This document shows, piece after piece, positions 11,791-24,304 of a stretch of 64,000 bases of DNA. How positions within the stretch are numbered: position 1 is the stretch's first letter; every line of letters begins with the position of its first letter. A program made the position numbers and the translations under genes. Below the pieces are notes generated by a model. The model did no database searches, was not told where the DNA came from, and worked only from the letters and a program-made list of their open reading frames with translations. The stretch comes from Nemertoderma westbladi. Its lineage: Eukaryota > Animalia > Xenacoelomorpha. The DNA is taken from NCBI GenBank assembly GCA_032718475.1, contig JAUCBJ010006780.1, positions 52,590-116,589 on the forward strand, read 5' to 3'.

Positions 11791-14002
11791 TGTTACGGTA
11801 TATGGCGCTGTATCCACATTATTAGTCGTTATACTGTATGCATTATTAGTCCGTTATGCAGTATGCAATATTAGTCCGTTATACTGTACGTAATATTAGT
11901 CCATTGTGCAGCATGGTATTTTAGATAAGGCATAATAACGCAGTGGTATTTAGATAGGGAAATCGAAACACCCATATATTTGAATCCATCCATTTTGTAT
12001 AGTATGTAGCCCTACCTACGTAATTTTGTATTAGGATATATGTAGATAGTTCCAGGGTAGCGAGTTTATTCGGACCCTGGATTTTGTGCTTGCTGATATT
12101 AGCATCGATAGGGCTAGCATATAGGGACGCTGTCCTGGCCATTCAGCAGCCAGGGACGTGAACCATTACCATATATGGTAATAATTTGAGGTTTGGGCAA
12201 GCGATAGGGCTACAATCCGGCCTCCTTATTGGACTAACTGCTTCCAGGTTGGTCTAATGCTAGCACGGACTGGAGAGCCAATAGGAGAGCGATTGAGTCA
12301 CCCTATTGCATCACCCCATCCGGATCACCTATAAATTGGCGGTGTGCCGGTAGAGCCTCACATGACACCTCACATGATCTGCTATCACCTTTGTACTTGT
12401 TGAGCTGTCTCTATTCAATTTTGACGGATATTTTAGCGTATTTTCTGCAATTTGCTAATTTTGATTAATTTCTTGGAATGATTTGCTAGTGCGATTACTC
12501 TCGATTGTGTTTCTCAATTAATTCCTTCAATTACTGCTAATTACAACTGAACTATGATTTCTACTTTTTGATTAATGGTTCTATGTGATTCCTTTCTGCG
12601 CAATAATCCTAAGGGATTTCTGAGACTGTCAGACTTTGTGATTTGCATGCGCCGCTACGGTAGCTATTAGCATAATGGAGGGCTAAGGTGCCAGTGGGCG
12701 GTGGGCACATCGGGAGGTTGAGCGACTAGGAGAGAGCGGAGGATTCAAGGCGGGCAACGCTGGCTAGGGTCACCGTTGCGGGCGGGTATCTTGCACTGTA
12801 ACACGCAGACCATTCGCCGATACAGTAACTAGGGGGCTGATGATCCAGATTTTGTCTCTATTTAGTATTAGGGGGGCAGGAATCGGGTTAGTTAGGAATC
12901 CTAGATGTATTCGGGAGAGGCCTGCGCGTACTACAACGTTGAGTGTAGAGTACGAGTAGTGAATCGCATAATTGTGGGCTATACAGTAGTTAACTGCATA
13001 ATTGCGAACTGTGATTGCTGACGCTGATTGGTGTGTTATTGAAGTGTGCCTATGATTATGAATGTTTAGGTAGGCGCCCTTTTCTTTTGATTGATTTCTA
13101 TTTCTTAGTTACAATAATTAGTTACTGATTAGGTCAAAGTAATACGGCAATTTAGGCTATTACTAGCGAAACCTGTTGCGTAATAAATTAGAATTACGTA
13201 TTCTGGAACTCTTAGTAATTAGTACGCTGTTAAATATTTGTGACTGTAATTGATTAGTAAAAATTAAGAATTAGTACGCAGCATAGCGGAGAGTAGCTAA
13301 GGTAATAATTAGAGTACTGTAAACTATTCACGCTGAGCGGTTATTTGCATTAGCGGGCAATCAGCTAGATCGCACTATTCGGTACGCACGATACGCTAGT
13401 AATTTGCTGGCCTAAAGCCAGCCGCAGGCAAGTTTCGACCCAGAGTGGTACTATCCACGTAGAAACAATTACTGTATCATTTTGATTATTTTAAATATTC
13501 TCGCATTCACACATTACGTTAGGGAACCTCCAGTATTCGCGATTAGAAAGACGTAGACAATAGCGTGTTTTAATAGTGATAGAATTAGGCGTAAGAATAC
13601 TCTGAGTGCAAGGCCTCTCGTACTCGTCTTAAGTAAGCTTAGGGAGCCGACTCGGGTTTATTGTTTTGGTTATTCCCGCGTGGCTCATAGATTCGAACAG
13701 TTAGCTCTCTATCGAGCGATCGGTAGAGAAAGGAACAAGCGATTTTGCAGGAGTTGTGTAAAATTAGTAAAATATATTAGCGGACGGCAGATTAGCGCCA
13801 TCCAACGGTAAGTAGCGGTTTTGTATTTAGCCACCTTTACAATTTAGTAATATCACGCTCCTGATCCCCTTTACTTAACAGTAGAGCATTCTTTGTGTCT
13901 TATTGGTTAGGCGAGAGCTCATTAGGTTGACAGAAGGATATTAACGGGTATTGGTCTGTTCAACAGTTCTGCTGTTAGTATAGAGGTCGCGGTTGTTTAT
14001 CA
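11791..14002 (+). repeat. 5' LTR of Bel/Pao copy 1
   Basis: TGTTACGG...GTTTATCA; only about five substitutions seen by eye versus 29667-31878. Confidence 0.95.
12228..12335 (+). promoter_or_regulatory. LTR promoter: CCAAT boxes and TATA box
   Basis: ATTGG 12228-12232, CCAAT 12278-12282 and TATAAA 12330-12335, conserved in all four LTR copies. AATAAA at 13182-13187 is a candidate poly(A) signal. Confidence 0.55.
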
Positions 14003-15185
14003 GTAATACGCGCATTATTGGCTGTTGCTTGCAGCAGTCAATAGTGTATTCTTAGGCTGATTAGTAGTATCACAGTATTAAGTAATAAGTTGGAGCACGT
14101 GATCGTCTGCTGTAGGCTATAGGCTAGCGTACGGTAGAACATTAAGTATATTCTTTTAGGCTGTTAGTTTAGATTACTGTATTCACTGGCTGCGTACAAT
14201 AGTACAGTAGTACATTAGGCTGATTGCTGTTACTGCGTACGGTAGAAGGGACATTTGTTTTGCCGTACCACACATAGTATCATTAGGCTGTTAGGTTGGT
14301 GTACTGTTTTACTTACTGTACTGCATACAGTGAATGTACGGTAGTGCGTTTTGCTAATTGCGAATACAGCAGTTCCTTAGGCCTTAGGGCAAATTGTAAT
14401 TAGTAAGTTTTTTGAAAATTATTAGCTAGGTTTGCGAGAATTCAGTTTCGGTCAAAATTATTTTGTAAAATTCTAGAGTTTTGTACCGGTATGTTAGGTA
14501 ACCGCTTAGTTATTTTATACCATCTGGAGATACATGGCAAGACGGAACTTCTGAGTTTGGGGTTCGTGTGGGTCTGCGGGTTCAGTTTGCAATCAGCGAA
14601 GGGCCTGAATCTTTGGACGCGGACGTGGAATCTCACAGCAAACAAGGTTAGTTGTTCTGTTGGCACCATTTTGTTTGTGGAAGCAGTAAAAAATTATCGG
14701 TTGTTTAACTGCGAAGCTGAACTCAATTTATTAGTTAGGATATTTAGGTTTAGGTTTTTTGAATCGCTCAAGTTAGAGAGAGAGTTAGAGAGAGTCGCAA
14801 CCCGAAGATGTAGCCACGCGCTAGTGGATACATATAATATTTGAAATTAAAATTACGTTAATTAGAGCTATATATATATAAAATTAGAAATATTCGGGCG
14901 GCAAGTATATTTTGAATATTTTGTATTAGATTCAAAGTTATTTTGTGCTATACCGGTATTTAATGCTATATAGTAGCTATATAATAATATTTTTGTTTAA
15001 ATATTGTGTTAGTATTTGCTATAACTATATACCCCATTAAATTCACAATATTGCATTGCGAATTTATTTTGACATTTTGGACCAACTGATATTAGACAAA
15101 TAATTTAACCGTATTTCGGTTAAATTATAATTATATCTCGAACCTTTGCGAGATATTTTGCCGGAAGGCAAACATTATTTAGACT

Positions 15186-18100
15186 ATGAGTGTCTCAGAC
15201 AAAGAGGCACTAGAGGACAGCTATGAAACGGCGGCTGGACCGCCGACTGACGATAGCGTAAACATTACTGTTGATGACAATGCCGACTATGACGACGCAG
15301 CGAGCGACGCTGACGTAAGTGAACAGGAGGATGAGACAGTGACTAGTGAGGAAGAACAACAACCTCAAGTAATAGTATTAGGATCCCTTACCGCTACTGA
15401 TAGGAAGGACTGTACGGCAGCCCGGACAGAGGTGAGTGATAGGGAGGGTAGTGTAGCAGAAGCGAGAGCCCGGAGCCCGGTTTCCAGACCTGTGGGTATG
15501 GTAAGTGCCGTGGTCCCAACGGCTGTAAGGAGTACCCGTAGTTCCCGAAATAATCCTTCAAGTCCACCGAGTGTGAGTCAGGTAAGCGAGAGAGAACTAG
15601 ACATTGCGATAAAGAAGAAACTTCGCGCGCATGCCGGACATATAACTCGGACGGTGGACAAGGTAAGGAAGATGTTAGCTGACTCAGCGAACATCGGGAG
15701 GGTAGAGTTAGTAGAGATTAGAAGAGGATATAACTCAGCGTTATTCAAGCAGACGGAGGAGCTTGCAGTCCTAGCGAAGAAGGCAGTAGAGTCTCAGTCG
15801 AGCGACATGGCGACGAGGATTTACGACAGGGTTTTAGCAGCCTTGTTGGAGCACCGCGAGTTATCGGAGCGATTCCGACGAGTTAGGACGGAGAACTGGC
15901 TGCTATGGGCATCACAAGCGCAGGCGACTCAAGTGAGTGATGCAGAGTTGAGAGAGTTAGTGGAGCGAGAAGAGATCCAAGACAAGGAGGAGCGCAGTTA
16001 TCAAAGGGAAGTTACTAGCTGGCTGATGCAGAATGGAGTGGTGGTACCACGCCAGGTGCTACCGACGACGGAGAACATCCAACAGAGGACGTTGACTCCA
16101 CCCGACGACGCATCTAGAGACAGCGGCGATTCCCAGGTTAGTCACGCGCGAGGTAAGGTAATATGTGCTAGATCCCTTGTTTCGCACAACTCGGCGGAGG
16201 AGAGAAGACGCCGACTGGACGAACAGCAGGCGGAAGTTTTGCGTGCATCGGAAGCACGGAAGGAAGCCGAGCGGGAACGGGAGCGAACACGTAAGTTAGA
16301 CGCGAAGTTGCGCGAATTGGAAGAGAAAGGTAAGCGTGAGCGAGCGGAACGCGAGCAGAAGGAACGTGAACTTCAACTTGAACGCGAACGCAAGGAACGC
16401 GAACTCGAACTTGAACGCGAGCAGAAAGAACGCGAACTCCAGCTCGAACGCGAACGCAAAGAACGCGAACTCCAGCTCGAACGCGAACAGAAGAAACGCG
16501 AACTCGAACTTGAACGCGAACGCAAGGAACGCGAACTCGAGATCGAGAAAGAGCGACAAGCGTTGTATGAAGAAAGGGCGCGTGTGGAAGAAGAGGGCGC
16601 AGCGAGACGAGCGAGGGAAGAAGAAGAACGTAAACTGGCGCAGTTGGAAAGTGCGAGATTAAGTTTAGAGAGCGAAGAACGGACTAGGAAGGCGAATGAA
16701 ATCGCCGAGAAGGGGATGCGAATGATCAAAGAATGTGGGGCGAGTGTAGGGACTGAGTTGCGAGAACTGTTCGCACTGCAGAAGGCCAAACAGGAAGCGA
16801 GAACTCCGACTATACGCGAGTCGACGACGACCAGAATTCCTATACCCGGTCCAGCTATTACGAGTACACGGATCGCTAAACCGTTCTCTACATATCGCAC
16901 GCCAGTTGGTATTAGTGCTTCACCCATCGCCCAGGATCTACGTCATCGGAACACCGCACCACTATATACCGAACGCGACAACGGAGAGTTTAGAGAAACT
17001 CCGACAGGACGAGTACTTGGCGAACCGAACCCGCGGGTTTGGAATACACGGACGGAGCGCCGACCCTGTTCGACGGAGAACTTCTGGGTTAAACCGGAAG
17101 AGGGATCATATGAGAGACAGCGGATTACTCAGATAGAGCCGACTATACAACAGAACCCTAGCCAGGAATTTATTACGAGAGATGAGTTAAGTGCTAGTTT
17201 AGCGCAAGCTATATCGCCGCACATCCAACCTATAACGGACATGCTTAGCAACCTACGGTTAAAGGAAGCAGCCCAGGTAAGAAGTAATTCAAATCCCAGC
17301 AGGCCTGAATTAGATAAAGTCCAGCCTAGTCAACGAGTACGTATATCGGAGGAGACTATACCACATAGACCTCAGGTAAGGACGCCTGATCCCTGACGCC
17401 ATAATCCCAATTTCGAAAATTCGGCGGAAAGATTTATTGAGGAAGCTTGGGTCAGGGCCTCGGCGCGCAAACCATCGCGAGCGCTAAGGACTGACACCGA
17501 GTCAAGCGATGAAGAGGAAGAAATGAGACGTCAGAAGTCCCGAAACTATAAGGAAAGAAGGACCGACGCGGAGCAGGTAAGTTGGAACCACCGGGAAAGG
17601 ACCAGACTTAACAACCCTGCGGAACTAAACCATTTGTTAACCCGGAACGACGCAACCCTTAGAGACATAGGTAAGTTTGCTGCTAGGCAAGGACTGCCGA
17701 CGCAACAACCCCAGAAGTTTATGGGCAACCACAAGCACTGGAGGACGTTTAAAACCTATGTCGACGAGCAGCTAACCAACAGCACCTTTACTCCCAACGA
17801 GAAGTTCAACTATTTGCTTCAGATGCTCCATCGAGAACCTAGAGCCATTGCTGATAACTTCGTCGGCAATGAACGGGCATTCGAATTAGCGATGAAGACG
17901 CTTAGCGACATCTACGGGAATAAAACGAAGATGGCGCAGTCGATAGTAGAAGACTTGGGTAAGGGCGGAAGGATTACAACTCCGTTAGAGCTGTTGAACT
18001 TAGCGAACGCTATTTCGAACGCATTGGACATCTTGAGGACGGTGAATCTACCTCATCATGGTGATCACGCCGAAGTTTTAAAGAGCGTAATAAGACGTTT

Positions 18101-21100
18101 AAACATGCGTTATCGACAGAAATGGCGCAAATTAGAGAATAAGTTGGAGGGCCAAGGTAAGGTATTGACACTTCAGCATATTCATGACATGATAGCCACA
18201 GACGCAGTAGCAGAGATGAAATCAAACTTCTCAGAGGAGAACATGAGGGAGTCTAAACCTGTTATCGGTAAGTCTATGGTAAGATGACAGGACCACTGTG
18301 ACATTTAACTCAGTAGACAGATATAATTCGAGTACCCCAGCCTTTAGATCAGACTCGCGAGTATGGTCAGGTGAGCGGTTAGATAGACCTAGGTTAAAGC
18401 AACAGGAGTTGCCGGATGGATTTGTAGGTTGCCAATACTGTTTACTAAAGGAGGTAAGATCTGACGACCATAAGTTAGATAGTTGCAGACGGTTCAAAGA
18501 ATTAAATTCGGAACAGAGAAGAGTTCAAGTGCGGACGTTGGCCACCTGTTGGGCATGTCTTGCGCCAGGACATGTACGGCGGCAGTGCCCGAACAGCAAG
18601 GACGGATGCATGGAATGCGGCAGACTACATCACAAGTTGCTACATGCGGATTTCCACACCCCAACGGACCGTTACTTACAGCGAAATCCTCACAGGAAGG
18701 GGAGCAAAGAACCCGTATTGATAAGGAGGAATACGTACACCGGCATTCAGGACGATGGTTACCAACCAGGTTCGTCGGACGAGGATGGCGAGTCGAGCGC
18801 GAGAGAAGTGACCTGCCAAGGTTTCACCGCGGATAGTTCATCGACCAGCGCGCGGACGTATTTATCATCGGCCACGTCGGAAATATTCAGCGTAATTCCG
18901 GTGAAACTCACTGGCGATAAGGGATCGAAGCGAATATATGTGATGTTGGACACTGCGTCCACATTATCATATATCGACGAGGAAGTGGCGAGAGCCGTTT
19001 CTAGCTTCCAGGACGCCGAGGAGATCCAAATAGAGTTGAAGTCTATGCACGGGGTAGGAGACCTCAAGGGACACAGAATTTCGGTGGAACTAGACTCCCT
19101 ACTTCCGAGAGACCAACACACTCGACAAGAACGGAAAGCTTTGCCATTGGACGGATTTAAGTGTCTAGCTATGAAGGGATTCGGCAGGCAGTTAGGTAAG
19201 GTGCCGCCGATGAGTCCCATAGCACAGGAGTATTTTGACAAGCTCAGGATACCCAGACACCAGGTAGGTTATAGGAATGTTTCTATGTTGATTGGTGCAG
19301 AACAGCTGATCGCACACCAAATATGGGAAACGAGACCAGCTGAGCCGCATGTCAATGGACCACATGCCCATAGGACCATACTAGGTTGGTATACACGAGT
19401 ACCCATGTCTTATGAGTTTACAGGTGGCGACAAGCCAATAAACAGATACGACGAATTACAGCCTATAATTCAACCACCGTTAGTAGAACCACCAGACATA
19501 GACGAGTTTAGGAGAACCTGTATTGACCACTATAGTGACTTTAGCGAGTCGGACGAGGAGTTGATTCCCGATAATGTTAGGTTGTCGGAACCACTTCATA
19601 ACGACCAGACAGATAGTGAACCCGAGGACTACTGTTATCAGACCCGTGGGTCTGGTTCAGCGGCCCACGCTACCTATTTGACTAATGTTTTGACTTATAC
19701 AGACATAGTGGAGGGTCAAGTGGCTAAATATCGAGACCTAGACATTTTCCAATACAGTGAGGAGGAATTACAGAAGGAATTGATACGCCAGGACCTCGAG
19801 ACAGGAGCCAGAACCGTCGAATGGCTGGATAGGGACGCAATGGAACCCGGTGGATATGACCTAGCCATGTCTACTGATGAGAAACGGTCGCTGGAGATGA
19901 TGGAAGATACCATACGTCTGCTACCGACTGGACATTTTGAAGTTGGAATGTTGTGGCGTCGACAACCACCTAAGTTGGAGAACAACTACAACTTAGCCTT
20001 GAAAAGATTAAACGGAGTAAGGGCTCGGTTGTTGAAGAATCCGGACATTAGGGAGAAGTATTGCGCCCAGATCAACAACTATTTCGCCAAGGGATTTGCT
20101 GGGAAGGTAGAGGACCCTGACTTAGTGACAGACCAGACTTATTACCCTCCACACCACTATGTGACTCACCCTGACAAGCCAGACAAAGTCCGAGTAGTCA
20201 ACGACTGCGCAGCAGTCTATAGAGGTATGTCCCTGAATTCAGAGTTGATGGATGGTCCCAACCTGAACAACTATTTGATTGGAATACTGTTGCGTTTTAG
20301 ACAGCGGCGATTCGCATTTACTTGTGACATCGAGGCGATGTTCCACCAGGTAAGAGCCTGTAAGGCAGACCAGGATAGCCTTCGCTTTCTCTGGCACGAG
20401 AATGAAGACTTATCCGGCCCAGTGGTTACATACCAAATGTACGTAAGGATATTTGGCGCCCGCGATAGTCCGAATGGCACGCTGTTCGTTTTAAAGAAAA
20501 CGGCAACAGCCCAAATTGGTAAGTACCCAGTAGAAGTAATCGAGTCCATCTTGAGAAACTTCTACATGGACGACGGATTGGTGTCCAAGGACACAGCGGA
20601 ACAAGCCATAGAAGTGGCTCACGGCCTGCAAGAGTGCTTGGCTACAGGGGGATTTCCTCTAACCAAGTTCACTACGAACTCGGAGGCCCTATTAGAATCG
20701 TTCCCGGTGAAAGATCGCGGGAGCGGAGACATAGAATTGGGGGTAGAACCAATCCCCATGGCGCGAGTACTGGGACTCGCTTGGAACCCGAACTCAGATA
20801 AGTTCCAGGTAAGAGTTAGATTTGAGCCCAGTAGCCCAGACAAAGTTTTGACAAATAGGATTTGCTTATCGACATTAAGTAGACTATTTGACCCGATGAA
20901 TTTTATCAGTCCGGTTATATTACAGGCACGAGCGTGCATGAGGAAAATTTGGTTGTCCGACTTAGAGTGGGACGAACCGATATCTCCTATACATGCAAAG
21001 CAGTGGAGGGAGTGGGAAGCCGAGTTACATCTATTGAAAAACATAGACGTACCCCGTTCCTACTTTCCGAATCAGCTGGTATTTCCAGCTGATCTCGAAC

Positions 21101-23538
21101 TGCATTTGTTCAGTGACGCAAGTGACACCGGCTTTGGTATGGTAGCCTACCTTCGCCGAGAGGTAAGTCAGGACAAGTTTGAGACGGCCTTTGTAACTTC
21201 TAGATCAAAGACAATGCCGGTAAAATACATGACTGTCCCTCGTGCAGAGTTACAGGCGGCTGTAGTTTCGGTCGAGGTAAGTAAGCAGATAATTGAGGAG
21301 TTAGACACGACATTGACCTTATTCTATTGGACGGACGCATCCTTGGTGTTAGTATACATTGCGGCCGACAATATTGCACTAAAGACATTTGTGGCCAATA
21401 GACGCGCTCAGATCGTCGACTTTTCGACGAAGGAACAATGGAGACATTGTCCGGGAGTGTTGAACCCGGCCGACATAACTTCGAGAGGTGCAATGCCGGC
21501 GGAATTCTGTCAGGAAGAGTCGCAGGAGTTTTGGTTGCATGGACCTGATTTTCTAACGAGGACCCAGGAACATTGGCCAGAGCGACTAAAGATTGTGACC
21601 AATCCGATGCCTGAAGATGCAGAAGTCAAGGTGGAGAAAGTCTCTAAGTCGAAGTCTAAAGCCAAACTCAAGTCATTGGAGCGGCCTGAAGAGTCATTGG
21701 AGCGGCCTGAAGAGTCATTGGAGCGGCCCGGAGACCTGTCAGACCAACAGACTTACGTGACTACTAGGTCCGGAAGGGTAAGTTACGACGTAAAACCACC
21801 CTTACAGACTAAACCGGAGTCACAATTGGTAAGTGACGGACAGAAAATGACCGACACAATGGAGTCTTTGGTTTCCAAACCTGCGGGTTTGGATTCGAAA
21901 CTTCCATTAATTAGCGGACAACCGTCGCTGGCATTAGAGTCATGCAGTATTTATGACAAATTACTAAATTCGTCTGCCTCTTGGCTGACAATTTGTAAAA
22001 GAACTGCGTGGTTAAGCCGATACATTTTGTACCTTTGTTTAAAACATTCGAAACATTTGAGAGAACCATTGAGCACCAATAGTGAGCGAATTCGGAAATT
22101 GAAACAACCTCTGACAAAGGATGAGATTGATCAAGCGGAATTAAAGCATTTGAAACATTATCAAGTGTGTGCCTTCCCAAAGGAATTCCATCTATTATCG
22201 GCTCAACGACCAGTTCTCTATAAACCCCTTAGAAAATGGAGTCCATTAATCCATAAGGGTTTAATTTGTCATAGATCGAGAATCCAGACTGTCGACATAA
22301 ACTCACAGTTTCGGTTCCCAGTGATAATCCCTAGTCACCCAATAGAATTGCAAAGAGCGATTCTATGGGATATACACAAGAGGTTGCATCACGCGGGAAA
22401 GTTACACTGTCTGTCGGCAGCGAGACAGCGATTCATTCTATTGCAGCCAAGCAGGGCAGTCGGCACTATGTATGACGCCTGTCTGGTTTGCAAGAGGGTG
22501 AACGCCAGAGTATTGGAACAGGAGATGGCTGAACTCCCGGAAGCGAGAGTGCAGGCATATGACCCACCCTTTACGAACACAGGGGTGGATTGTTTTGGTC
22601 CGATTGAAGCAAAGAGTGGACGGCTGACCCACAAGCGATGGGGTCTGCTACTGATATGCATGGCTAGTAGAGCCATACACATTGAGCGTGTGGCAGACAT
22701 GTCGACCAAATCTCTGCTCCTGGCCTTAAAGAGATTTATGGCCAGGAGAGGACTAGTAAAGGCGTTCTACTCTGATAAGGGTACAAACTTTGTCGGAGGG
22801 AATAGCGAGTTGAACGCGGCTCATAAAGCGGCACAGAATAAAGAAATTTCTGCAGCACTTTTGCCGCAAAGAGTAGAGTGGAGATTCAATACTCCAGAAA
22901 GTCCTTGGAGAGGAGGAAGTTGGGAGAGTTTAGTTCGCTCTGTAAAGCAGGCCATTGCCAAGACGTTGCCTGTAAACAAACAACTTACCGACGACGAACT
23001 GGTCACAGCTTTCATTGAAATCGAGCATACCCTAAACTCGAGGCCGATAGCTATGTTGCCAGACGGTGTTGCATTAACGCCGAATCATTTGCTAATGCAG
23101 AGTCCAGCATTTCTTGTGCCGGCATCAGAACCCGTTAGTGCCGACCTATATAGTCGTAAGAGCTGGAAAATGACTCAATTAGTCGCGTACACATTCTGGG
23201 AATATTGGCGGGAATACTATCTTCCCACCATATCCACCAGAACAAAGTGGTACAAAACGGTTCGGAGTCTCCAAAGGGGAGATTACGTACTGATAACCGA
23301 GCCGATTGTCAAGAGAAAGTATTGGGAGACTGGAGTGATCTTGCACACACACCCAGAAGTGCAAAACATAGTGCGCACAGTCACTGTGAAAATTAGGTGC
23401 AAGTGTCCGCACCCAAAAAAGTGTAAAACTAATGGTTTACACACCTTGGACCGACCGGTCCAAGATATTGTGTTATTAGAGGAGACACGTATCGAGACGG
23501 GAGATTATAATTTGTCTCCTGCCTCTAAACTGAATTAG
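15186..23538 (+). pseudogene. gag-pol: Bel/Pao gag-pol polyprotein, disrupted (ancestrally one ORF of ~2790 codons)
   Basis: E/R/K coiled coil; Pao-type gag core (FMGNHKHWRTF...EKFNYL); Cys/His knuckles (CWACLAPGHVRRQC, CMECGRLHHKLLH); protease MLDTAST; RT CDIEAMFHQV and FYMDD; RNase H LHLFSDAS, VPRAELQAA, WTDAS; integrase HKRLHH..CLVC, GVDCFGP, SDKGTNF, GGSWE. Lesions relative to copy 2: TGA at 17394-17396 and an 8-bp deletion at ~18283. Confidence 0.95.
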
Positions 23539-24304
23539 TGTTGGGCGCAACTCACTTCGTATGCATTCCTCGTATGCAAATACAAGGAAATGCATAGGAG
23601 CGGGGTTGTGGTGATTTGCGTTGAGTTTTGTCTAGTGGGTATCAAAACAAAATTTTATTCTCAAAATTTTTGGAAAAAATTAAAATTTTAAAAAATTAGA
23701 AGTGAACCCAAGACAATTCCAGACGCTGTGTATAGACGCATTTTGAATTCGTCTATAGATAAACAGTAATTTGAAAAGTCGTGAAGCCTGGAAAATAGCA
23801 TTTAGAAACCATGGTGACGGCTATATTACGTAGGAGTGTAAATTGAGTTTAGCAACTTCCACAGATTGGTGCCAACAGTGCAACTAAGGTGCTAAAGGTT
23901 AGTAGCACTAGAGGCGTACATGGACCCCACTCAGTAGTTTGCAGGATGTGTGATGTTCGATTATCAAACCTGTGGGTTTGGTATAGTCGAGTATTGTGGC
24001 TATAGTCCTTTCTAACTACTGTAGTTTAGTACGAGTAATGGGAGTAGTTTGGGCATCAAAAAGTGAGTTGGTCACGGCCAGTTTATCACCAAAGTTTTTG
24101 CGCTATGCATGGGAATAGGTTAGAGGATAGTTAGTTAGGAAGAGACGGGATCTAGAGAGTCGAACCTGAACTGCTGGAAGGCGGGGGGGGGGGTTCGGGA
24201 GGTCTGTCCTTCGGCGACATCTAACTGATTTACCCACAGTGTAATTGGTTACGTAACGGCACTTATTGGGATATATATATATATATGTATATACGCGAGG
24301 CATA

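Noticed and set aside
12836-12900. Hammerhead ribozyme suggested by CTGATGA followed by a stem
   Set aside because: No GAAA after the stem and no stem III with an NUH site could be built.
14018-14035. TGGCTGTTGC as a tRNA PBS
   Set aside because: It lies ~15 nt from the LTR end in copy 1 and over 100 nt away in copy 2, sits inside a hairpin, and matches no tRNA 3' end I recognise.
14491-14844. 117-aa ORF in the Bel/Pao leader (also 49070-49510)
   Set aside because: No recognisable motifs; conservation is explained by overall copy similarity. A uORF role is not excluded.
17394-18298. Programmed readthrough or frameshift between gag and pol
   Set aside because: Copy 2 is open across both sites, so these are copy-specific mutations.
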